From: a virus
Virus record (IMG/VR): IMGVR_UViG_3300035670_000709
Strand: one strand, 5' to 3'
Length of the DNA: 35,933 bases
Part shown: piece after piece, positions 16,821 to 25,600 of the stretch
How positions within the stretch are numbered: position 1 is the stretch's first letter
Layout: each line of letters starts with the position of its first letter
Notes under the pieces: generated by a model
Databases searched by the model: none
Told to the model about the DNA's origin: nothing
Seen by the model: only the letters and a program-made list of their open reading frames with translations
Program-made: the position numbers and the translations under genes

Positions 16821-17134
16821 TAGCCGCCGCCGCTTACGCCGGAATGAGTGAATCGGAATTTTGGAGGACTACGCCCGCTTTTCTTCACGCTCGAATACAG
16901 GCCAAAAAATCAGAGGAAAGAACGCAGGCGGAATTTACGCGGGTAATTGCATTCTATGCCGCCAACGCCGGAAAGTTTAAACCCGTGCCAAACATGCGGA
17001 AATTTTGGCCGCTTCCGTGGGATACAGTTGTTGAGTTCGCAGAGATTGATATTAACGCCGCCGCGCCGATGCTTTCAGCAATGGATGCAGCAATAGCGGA
17101 GCAAATTAAACGGCAAAAAGATGGCACTAACTGA
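16458..17134 (+). CDS. Tail assembly chaperone G-T-like fusion (about 225 aa) made by a -1 frameshift at 16787-16793
   Basis: After the slip the reading continues KK-EQGGYWQKLIAAAAYAGMSESEFWRTTPAFL... into track ORF 16844..17134. The track ORF is in the -1 frame relative to 16458 and ends 14 nt inside the tape measure gene. Confidence 0.7.
16787..16793 (+). promoter_or_regulatory. -1 programmed ribosomal frameshift slippery heptamer A_AAA_AAG
   Basis: Zero-frame codons are gaA AAA AAG (16785-16793). The -1 frame is open from 16778 through 17134 and has no start codon before the ATG at 16844. Confidence 0.75.
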
Positions 17135-19610
17135 TTTAAACGTAGCGCTAAGGCTTTCGACCCGTGAGTTCAATCGTGAACTTAACAAGGCGACCAATTC
17201 GCTTCAACAGGCGTCCGATCGCATGGCGTCTATCGGCAATACGCTGACATTGGGGGTAACTGTCCCATTGTTGGCTATTGGAGCGGGTGCGGTGCAGGCG
17301 GCCGGGGAATTTGAAAAGTTGAAGTTAGGGTTAGAGGCTACAATGGCGGGTGCCGGGTATTCTATCGCAGAAGCTCGCATGGAATTGGAGAAATTGCGAG
17401 AAGTTGCAAGAGCGCCGGGGATTGACTTTGAGCAGGCCGTAAAAGGCTCTTTAAGGCTTCAGGCGGTAGGTTTATCAGCGGATCAAGCCAGAGAAACTAT
17501 TGCCCAATTCGCTAACGGCGTTGCGGCAGCTGGTGGCACAGCCGACAACCTAAATAGCGTTACCACTCAAATATCCCAGATAATCGGCAAAGGCAAAATT
17601 TTAAACGAGGACTTAAAAATCCTTAAAGAAAATATGCCTTCAATAAGCCGGGCAATGGTAAGCGCATTTGGCACGGCTGATGCAGAAGGCTTAAGGGCGC
17701 TTAATATTAGCGCAGAAGAATTAGTTGTAAGATTGACCCAAGAATTAGCAAAAGCCCCAAGAGTTGCGGGAGGGATTGCTAACAGTATAACAAATGCGCA
17801 GGTATCAATTCAGGCCGCCGCCGCAAGGATTGGAGATGCGCTAAATAAGGCGTTTAATATTCAGGGCGGGATTGATAAATTTGCTACATTTATAGAAACA
17901 GTAGCAGACGCCTTCGCAAACCTTACACCCGAAACCCAACGCGCTATTTTTGCTGTCGCGGGGTTTGCTATTGCACTCGGTCCGGCTATTCGATTAGGCG
18001 GGCTTTTTGTCACAACATACGGCGACGCGCGTATCGCGATGGCTAAATTTGCCCGATTTGCTAACGGTGAATTAAGAAACGCAATGGCAGGCGGCGCGAC
18101 GGGTGTTGGCAGGCTTATAACAGCATTTAAGGCGCTCGACGCAACTACCAAGGCTACGATTACAGGCGTGGCTATCGGCGTATTTATAGCGCTTGCAGCC
18201 GCCGTCGCAACTTACGCTTCAGCAAGTGATGAAGCGGCAAAAAAGGCGAAGATATTATCTGAAATCCAAACGACGGCCAAAGAGCAGGCGGCATCGCAGA
18301 TTGTAGAGGTTGAGCAGTTGGTTCGGGCTTTTAACAAAGAGAATGCGACGCAAGAGCAAAAGGAAGGAATACTTAAAAGGCTGCAAGAGATTGCCCCAAA
18401 ATATTATGGACAACTTGACGCCGCAAAGGTTACGACAGAGCAGTTAACAGAGGCAACAAAGTTATACCGAGATGAATTAATACGGGTGGCCACCATAAAA
18501 GCGGCGACCGATAAGATAGCGCAGTTAGAGTTGGCGATGGCCGACTTGAAAGAAGAGGCGGAATTAACGCCTGTGCAGGTGGGGTTAATTGGGTTAGAGG
18601 CGGCTGCAAAATCTGTACTTAATCCATTTAAAGCTCTTTCGGCTGTGCAGGAGGCGGTAGCAAAAGGGCAGCAACAGGTTACAGATAACGCAGCCAAAGC
18701 CAAAAAGGCATACGAGGATCAAAGGGCGGCGCTTGAAAAACTTATTGATGCAAATCAAAACTTAGACGACCTTTTCAAGAAAACAAAAACAACACCAGAG
18801 CCGGACGCGCCGGGCGGTGGCGCACCCACCGCCGCGCCACCCATAGACTTAGAAGCCCTACGCCGCTCGCGCCAGCAATTCCAAGACTTCGCGACCCTGC
18901 CAACTATTCAGACGCCGGGGGCGGTTGAGGGTGGTAGCGGGTTAAAACAGATCGAGAAAGGGTTGGATAATATCCGGGATAAGTCAAGGCAGGCCGCTGA
19001 AGGTATGGCGGCGCTTGTTGACCCGGTGCAAAAGAATATTGATACGCTGACTAATTTCGCGCAAAAGGCCGGGCTACTTTTTGAGGTTATTGACAATGAA
19101 GTAGTAACAAGCATAGATAAATTTGGCCTTCTTGGTGATACGATCACGGGAATATCAAATGCCATTGCAAGTGGATTGGGTGACGCAACAGACGGGTGGG
19201 CTACTTTTAAGAATGCAGCCGTTGAAGCGATTGGTGATGTTATTGGTAAATTGGTGCAGCAATTTGTGGCTCAAATAATTGCTAATACAGCCAAAGCGCC
19301 AGCCATTGCCGCACTCGGTCCGGCTGCAATTCCAATAGCAGCGGGCGCGGGCGTTATTGCATCCGCCGCATTTAAGCGGGTAGTGGGGGCTGCTAAATTC
19401 GCCGACGGTGGCGTCGTGTACGGCCCGACCCTCGGACTTGTCGGCGAATACCCCGGCGCATCCACAAACCCGGAAGTTATAGCGCCGCTATCAAAACTAA
19501 AAAACCTTATCGAGCCTTCCGGGGGCATGGAACTACAAACACGCATCAGCGGCAACGATCTATTGGTGCTTCTTGAACGTACAGAAAAACAGCGTAACAG
19601 GTTTAGATAA
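17121..19610 (+). CDS. Tape measure protein (829 aa)
   Basis: Size, position, Ala/Gly-rich helical and TM-like central segments, and an N-terminal region typical of tape measure proteins. Confidence 0.85.
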   Translation: MALTDLNVALRLSTREFNRELNKATNSLQQASDRMASIGNTLTLGVTVPLLAIGAGAVQAAGEFEKLKLGLEATMAGAGYSIAEARMELEKLREVARAPGIDFEQAVKGSLRLQAVGLSADQARETIAQFANGVAAAGGTADNLNSVTTQISQIIGKGKILNEDLKILKENMPSISRAMVSAFGTADAEGLRALNISAEELVVRLTQELAKAPRVAGGIANSITNAQVSIQAAAARIGDALNKAFNIQGGIDKFATFIETVADAFANLTPETQRAIFAVAGFAIALGPAIRLGGLFVTTYGDARIAMAKFARFANGELRNAMAGGATGVGRLITAFKALDATTKATITGVAIGVFIALAAAVATYASASDEAAKKAKILSEIQTTAKEQAASQIVEVEQLVRAFNKENATQEQKEGILKRLQEIAPKYYGQLDAAKVTTEQLTEATKLYRDELIRVATIKAATDKIAQLELAMADLKEEAELTPVQVGLIGLEAAAKSVLNPFKALSAVQEAVAKGQQQVTDNAAKAKKAYEDQRAALEKLIDANQNLDDLFKKTKTTPEPDAPGGGAPTAAPPIDLEALRRSRQQFQDFATLPTIQTPGAVEGGSGLKQIEKGLDNIRDKSRQAAEGMAALVDPVQKNIDTLTNFAQKAGLLFEVIDNEVVTSIDKFGLLGDTITGISNAIASGLGDATDGWATFKNAAVEAIGDVIGKLVQQFVAQIIANTAKAPAIAALGPAAIPIAAGAGVIASAAFKRVVGAAKFADGGVVYGPTLGLVGEYPGASTNPEVIAPLSKLKNLIEPSGGMELQTRISGNDLLVLLERTEKQRNRFR

Positions 19611-22069
19611 TGGCCAAACGTTTTCATAGTACTTTTTACAATCTTAGAGGCTCACGCTTTGACGTGGAAATTTGGGATAGTGAGCATACGGGCGATTCGG
19701 TGGAGATCGAACTGGCAGAGCCAGGTATTTCGATAAGGTACGGAAATGAAAACGGGGAACGGTATTCGGCGGTGATTGGATCGGAGGCGGAAATTAGTAT
19801 ATTAATTACCGGGGAAACCAGCGAGGATATTATTCATGAACTGGCAGCAAGTCAGGAAGGGCGATTTACGGTTTACATCACCCGGGGCGACGGGTTCGCG
19901 CGGCAATGGATCGGCCGGGTTATGCCGGATATTTCTATTTACGAGGATATTCAATATCCGTACCTTTTTACGCTTAAGGCTACGGACGGACTGGCAGCGC
20001 TGAAGAATATACCGTACAATAATGACGGCGACCCCTACTTTGGTGATGCGCGTTTGATCACTCACCTGACAAACGCCATAACCAAACTTAGTCACATAGA
20101 CAGGCATTACAACAGTACGGATATTTTCTTGATAACGTCGGTGGACTGGTGGGAGGAAACAATGACCAGTTCAAAGTCAAACGACCCGCTCTATTTATCG
20201 TGGGTGGATCACGCTACTTTTTACGATTTTAAGACGAAAGGGGAGCGCGAATACAAGTCTTGTTGGGATGTTATTAACAATATCTGCACGACGTTCGGGT
20301 GTAGGATATACCACGTTGACGGCGCTTATTTTGTGGATCAGATCACATACCGAACTTCTACTAATGTCGAATCGCGGCGATATAGCAAAGCCGGATCGTA
20401 TTTAAGTAATTCAACAATAAGCGGCGCAAACGACATAGATCAGACCGTAAATGGCGCACGGCTTACACTTGTACAATACGATTACCTTCCGCCGCTTCGG
20501 CATACCCGGATAATCCACGAGGTGAACAACCGCGTGAATTTGATCGGAAGCGCACAGATAGACAATAGCAATAAAACCCTAACCATATACCAGCCCGTCG
20601 AAACCAACGGCGGACAAACTACGCTACGGCTTACAGGCAATATAAATCTGACAGTCACAAATGATGACTACACAGGTTCAGCGCAACAACTGCTATTTAT
20701 TTTTGAGATCAAGATCAAGGTCGGGACAAAGTACGCGCTTAGGCAGTATCAAATACAGTTCTACAACTGGTCGTACTCTAATGCGTCGTGGGAAACCGGA
20801 AGCGGAAGCCGTATATCTTACATATTGTCGGCATGGCCGCGACCTTCGACGGGGCAAACGCTAAACTATACCATACCGATAAACTGGACTTCGCCGCCGC
20901 TACTCGAGGGTTCTTCGGCTGGCACTTCAGAGTTCGCTATGGATTTAGTTGGCGTTAAAACCTTTGACGGTTCCGGCGCGGAACAAAACCTATTTTTGGG
21001 GGACTTTACGATTAGTTGGGACTTTGATAATGCGTGGCTGGAGGTGCTTTCTTTTGGGCAACCGTCTTTGAATGATGACGAAGTGGTGTATTTTACAGAC
21101 TCAAACGAAGCGGCTACTAACACAGCCATTGCAGTTATTAACACATTGGTCGGAGATTATTATGTTAACCCCAATTCGATAGGCCGCTTAAAGACAGGCG
21201 CCTCTTCTACGTCCCTAACCAATACACAAAACTGGGGTGTGGGCAACGCAACCCGGAACAAACCAATACTTGAAATACTTTCAGAGTACACGTTCAAAGG
21301 CCAAAACAAGCCGATCAAACGGATGAACGGCACCCTTACGGGCGGGTTTGATCTGAAGAAGCCGTTTAAAATTGCTTCAACGCGCTACCTGCTGATGGGC
21401 GGAACGTTCAACGCGTCGCGGGACGAATTGACGGGTAACTGGTTCGAATTACACTACGGTGCGGAAGGTGTACCAGCCACGCCTATCAAGCGCAAAAAAT
21501 ATACCTATACAGCGCCCGACCCTTCGCAGGACAACGTACCTTCGGGTAATGCAGGGGCGGGTGGCGGCCCGCAAACGGAAAACATAGGCAGCCCGTCGGC
21601 CTCTATTTTGCGCCCGGTGGCCTATGCCACTACGGACGGAGAAATCGCGGCGGGCGCTAAGACTACAATAGATATTGAGCAGACCCTGGTATTTGGCGAC
21701 TTTGTGGACGGTGACGTGGTGACGATCGTTCACCCGATCAAGGGCTTTTTTGAGGATTTGACAATATCGGCCACCAGTCAGGATAACGACACAAGCCTCG
21801 ACGTAACCGGGACGCTGCTACTGGATTATCCGGCATCGTCTTTTATCCTGAAGAAGCCGTTATTAAGTGCATTTAAGTTGCCCGGCGGTGCGGCGGATAA
21901 AGACCTGTTAATTTGGGACGCCGGGGATTCGCGTTGGAAATCTTGGACTTTGAGTAAATACGTTGACGATACAGCGGCGATTGCAGACGGACTTGAAGCG
22001 GGTGATATATATATTGTTGACAAAGGTAACGACGCTATACCTGAAGGCGTCTTAAAGGTTGTATTATGA
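19610..22069 (+). CDS. Distal tail / baseplate hub-like structural protein (819 aa)
   Basis: First gene after the tape measure (TAATG overlap). The N-terminal ~130 aa is beta-rich (FDVEIWDSEH...ISIRYGNENGERYSAVIGSEAEISI). The C-terminal 36 aa form a module shared with the next protein. The function call is positional. Confidence 0.45.
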   Translation: MAKRFHSTFYNLRGSRFDVEIWDSEHTGDSVEIELAEPGISIRYGNENGERYSAVIGSEAEISILITGETSEDIIHELAASQEGRFTVYITRGDGFARQWIGRVMPDISIYEDIQYPYLFTLKATDGLAALKNIPYNNDGDPYFGDARLITHLTNAITKLSHIDRHYNSTDIFLITSVDWWEETMTSSKSNDPLYLSWVDHATFYDFKTKGEREYKSCWDVINNICTTFGCRIYHVDGAYFVDQITYRTSTNVESRRYSKAGSYLSNSTISGANDIDQTVNGARLTLVQYDYLPPLRHTRIIHEVNNRVNLIGSAQIDNSNKTLTIYQPVETNGGQTTLRLTGNINLTVTNDDYTGSAQQLLFIFEIKIKVGTKYALRQYQIQFYNWSYSNASWETGSGSRISYILSAWPRPSTGQTLNYTIPINWTSPPLLEGSSAGTSEFAMDLVGVKTFDGSGAEQNLFLGDFTISWDFDNAWLEVLSFGQPSLNDDEVVYFTDSNEAATNTAIAVINTLVGDYYVNPNSIGRLKTGASSTSLTNTQNWGVGNATRNKPILEILSEYTFKGQNKPIKRMNGTLTGGFDLKKPFKIASTRYLLMGGTFNASRDELTGNWFELHYGAEGVPATPIKRKKYTYTAPDPSQDNVPSGNAGAGGGPQTENIGSPSASILRPVAYATTDGEIAAGAKTTIDIEQTLVFGDFVDGDVVTIVHPIKGFFEDLTISATSQDNDTSLDVTGTLLLDYPASSFILKKPLLSAFKLPGGAADKDLLIWDAGDSRWKSWTLSKYVDDTAAIADGLEAGDIYIVDKGNDAIPEGVLKVVL

Positions 22070-22656
22070 ATATATCCGGGCCAATACGCGCAATTATTGC
22101 GAATGACAATACCGCCAACACGGCGCTGCAAAACCGTGTGTATCCGGGGGTATTCCCGATACAATACACTTTGCCGGCCGTGGCTATTAATATCGTGATG
22201 GTGCAGCCTAACGCGACAAAGACCGGCTCCGGCGACGTGGACGCGGTGATGGTGCAGGTGGACTGCTATGCAGATTCTTACTCGCTGGCTAATAATATTG
22301 CAAAAATTTTGCGGGACGTGCTGGACTACTTCCGGGGCGACGTGCTGATCGGCGGTCAACTGATTAGTATTGACTGGTTGAATTATGAAGGCCAAACAGA
22401 CGCGTTTGAAGAAAAGCCGAGGGAGTATCGCGTTTCTTGCGATTACTCTGTAAGAATGAACCGGGTGGGCGCGATAGGTGATTACGACGGCGAACTGGTG
22501 ATACCTTCCGGCGACAACTTTATTCAGGTGTTCGGGCCTTATGTGGATGACGACGCCGCAATGGCCGACGGATTAACGACAGGACAATTATATGTAGTAG
22601 CGCCGGGGAATGATGCAATCCCGGCCGGAATCATTAAAAAAATTGGTACGCCATGA
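22066..22656 (+). CDS. DUF3168-like (tail-terminator-like) domain protein with shared C-terminal module (196 aa)
   Basis: IRAIIANDNTANTALQNRVYPGVFPIQYTLPAVAINIV...VMVQVDCYADSYSLANNIAKILRDVL matches the l..d..v.alv..RiyP...Pq....P.iv......vqvdcya.s...a..la..v...L pattern. C-terminus is YVDDDAAMADGLTTGQLYVVAPGNDAIPAGIIK. Confidence 0.5.
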   Translation: MNISGPIRAIIANDNTANTALQNRVYPGVFPIQYTLPAVAINIVMVQPNATKTGSGDVDAVMVQVDCYADSYSLANNIAKILRDVLDYFRGDVLIGGQLISIDWLNYEGQTDAFEEKPREYRVSCDYSVRMNRVGAIGDYDGELVIPSGDNFIQVFGPYVDDDAAMADGLTTGQLYVVAPGNDAIPAGIIKKIGTP

Positions 22657-25600
22657 GATACAAATTAGCAATCCTATTTTCTCTTTTCGCGCTTTCGGGA
22701 TCGGCGCAAATTTTCAAAACAGCGGGCATCCCTTACACCGCTACAACGCCTTCGCACACACCGTCGGCTTCCGGTTCGGCGTGGGCGATTGATACCGCGA
22801 ATCTTGATTTGTACGCCTACTACGGTGGCGCGTGGAATCTTGCCGGTGAACGCATCCAGACTATCGGCGGTTGTGCAGCCCCTGCTTACACGCCGGGCAA
22901 AGGCCAAAGCGTCTTCGTTATAAATGGCTGCGATTCGCTGTACTACTACCGTTCGGGCGCGTGGGTGGTTATTAACGCGGGCGGCGGTGGCGGTGGCGGT
23001 GGTGTAAGTGACGGCGATAAGGGCGATATTGATGTGAGTGCTTCGGGTACTGTGTGGACTATTGACACATCGGCGGTCACGAATATCAAAGTAGATAATA
23101 ATGCCATTGACTCGACAAAAGTAGGCGACAAGACGCTTAGCCTTAGCGACCTTAACGGTTCGTGGGGTGTACAAAACGGATCCGTGCTAAAGTGGAACGG
23201 TACTAACTGGCGACCCGCTGCCGACAATACCGGGACAGACGGCAATGGCATTTATAGTGGCGACGGAGATATACCAACCAACACCGACGCGACCTTGCCA
23301 CTTAATAGTTATTTGCGCTTTGAGTGGCCAAGCGGCAATACCGCATTTATCATGGACGATTTTGGCGACACGGTTTATTTGGCCGACCCTTCGCTGGCTT
23401 CTTCTGTTTTGATTTCCGCTTCTAAGGTCGGCCTTCGCTCAACCGGGAATATCGAACTTTGGGGCGGCACAGGTGGTGCAAAGTTGCGCATGTTAGAGCC
23501 TACCGGATCGGGAACCAACTACACGCAAATTCAGGTCGGCGCACAGTCGGCGGATATAACATACACACTTCCGGCAACAACCGGAACAGATGGCCAATAC
23601 CTGCAATTTACGACGGGCGGCCAACTGCAATGGTCAACGGTGGCGGCCGGGGTAACGGATGGGGATAAGGGGGATATTGACGTGACGGCTTCCGGCGCAA
23701 CGTGGACTATTGACACGGGCGCGGTCACAACCGGGAAAATATTAGACGGCACAATCCTGTTTGAAGACATCGGCCAAAACAGCGCATCTAACGGACAGGT
23801 GATTAAGTGGAACGGCACAGCATGGGCGGCGGCGGCGGACAATACAGGCGGCGCGGGTTCGACGGATTTAAGTTGGACGGGTGCTTCTTCGCCTTACATT
23901 CTTAATAGCTCTTCAGGGACGGATGTAGCCTTTGCGCAAGGTACGGGCATTACATTATCGACAACCGATTCAACGCTGACAATTACCAACGCTTCGCCCG
24001 ATCAGACGGTGGCGATAACCGGGGCGGGGATTTCGGTTGTAACGGGCACATATCCGAATTTCACCATAACCAGTACCGAGGCGGACGGTAGCGCAACAAA
24101 TGAAATACAGAACCTTACCCTTTCGGGTCAATCGCTCGGAATATCCAGCGGCACAGGCGTAACATTGCCCGTAGTAGGCGTATCGGCCGGAACCGGAATA
24201 TCTGTATCGTCGAGCATCGGCACGGTGACGGTAACGAATGCCGCACCCGATCAGACGGTGGCGATTACAGGCGCGGGCATCTCAACAGTTACGGGCACCT
24301 ACCCTAATTTTACCGTGACCAGCACCGAGTCAGACGGATCAGCCTCGAACGAGGGTATTTTAGGCGTAGGTGCTGGATCGGGTACGACCGCCACGATTAC
24401 AACAAATACGACAACCGGGAACGCTGTAACTATTGCGGGCGGTGGCATTGTTGCGATTACAGAAACAACAAGTTCGAACGGCGGCACTATCACAATAACA
24501 GCAACTGAAAACGACGGCTCTACGATAAACGAATTACAAGACCTTTCTTTATCCGGCCAATCGCTTTCAATATCGAATGGAAGCGGTGTTACGCTTCCGG
24601 TTATAGGGGTATCGGCTGGAACTGGAATATCCACAAGTATATCCGGCGGCACGGTGACGGTGACTAATTCGGCGCCCGATCAGACGGTCGGGATAACCGG
24701 AACCGGAATAACGGTTGTTTCTAATTACCCGAACTTTGCACTTACAGCAGCAGACCAATCAGACACTAACGAACTGCAAACAATCGCCAACACATCCGAC
24801 GCCACCAGCCACACAGTAACCCTGTCTAATTCGGGCGGGTCGGTGCAATTAATCGAAGGTGCTGGTATTAGTCTATCGACAGGCGGGTCGAGCAGCGCGG
24901 GGACGGTTACGATTGCGGCCACAAATAGCGGCACAGTTACATCGGTGGGCATTACCGCACCGGCCGCTGGCATAACCGTAAGTAATAGCCCTATCACGTC
25001 GAGCGGAAATATTACACTTGCGCTTGCAGATGACCTTGCAGCGGTGGAGGGGCTTAGTACAAATGGAATCGCCGTAAGGACTGCAACAAATACTTGGGCG
25101 ACAAGAAGTATAGCCGTTTCAGCCGATGCCGCTTCAACCGCCGCCCTTAGTATCGGCTTCCCCGATGGCGTATCTGGCAATCCAACAATAAACGTAAGGA
25201 CATCAGCGAGTAGTGTTAAATTAAACGCTTTAGTCGCCACAACTGGCAATATTACGTTAAGCGGAACCCAATCAATAGACGGTATAAATTTGTTTGCAAA
25301 CAATCGCGTTTTAGTGAAAAACCAAAATACCGCGTCCGAAAACGGAATTTGGGTTGTTTCTTCGGGCGCTTGGTCGCGCGCGACCGATTTAGACGTAAAT
25401 GACGAATTGAATGGCGGCGTTATTGTTTACATCAAAAGGGGCACCGCTAATGGTGGCAAATTTTTTAGGCTTACCACTTCTTCAGAGCCGGAAATGACCA
25501 TAAATTCTACCGCGCTCACTTTTTCGGAGATATTTGACGGCTTTACTTTGACCGACGGGGATAAGGGCGATATAGACGTGACTTCCTCGGGGGCTACATG

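Noticed and set aside
23985-24860. Possible CRISPR-like array because of regularly recurring cccgatcagacggt-containing units
   Set aside because: The repeats are in frame within one long ORF, are 249 nt apart (then 429 nt), and diverge along their whole length. They lack short identical direct repeats with unique spacers, and no cas genes are present.
24725-25303. 192-aa and several 100-160-aa minus-strand ORFs within the fibre gene (also 22674-23174, 25427-25903, 26111-26509)
   Set aside because: The repetitive, stop-poor Gly/Thr/Ser coding sequence keeps antisense frames open. The antisense products are themselves repeats of the same low-complexity strings and have no independent signals.
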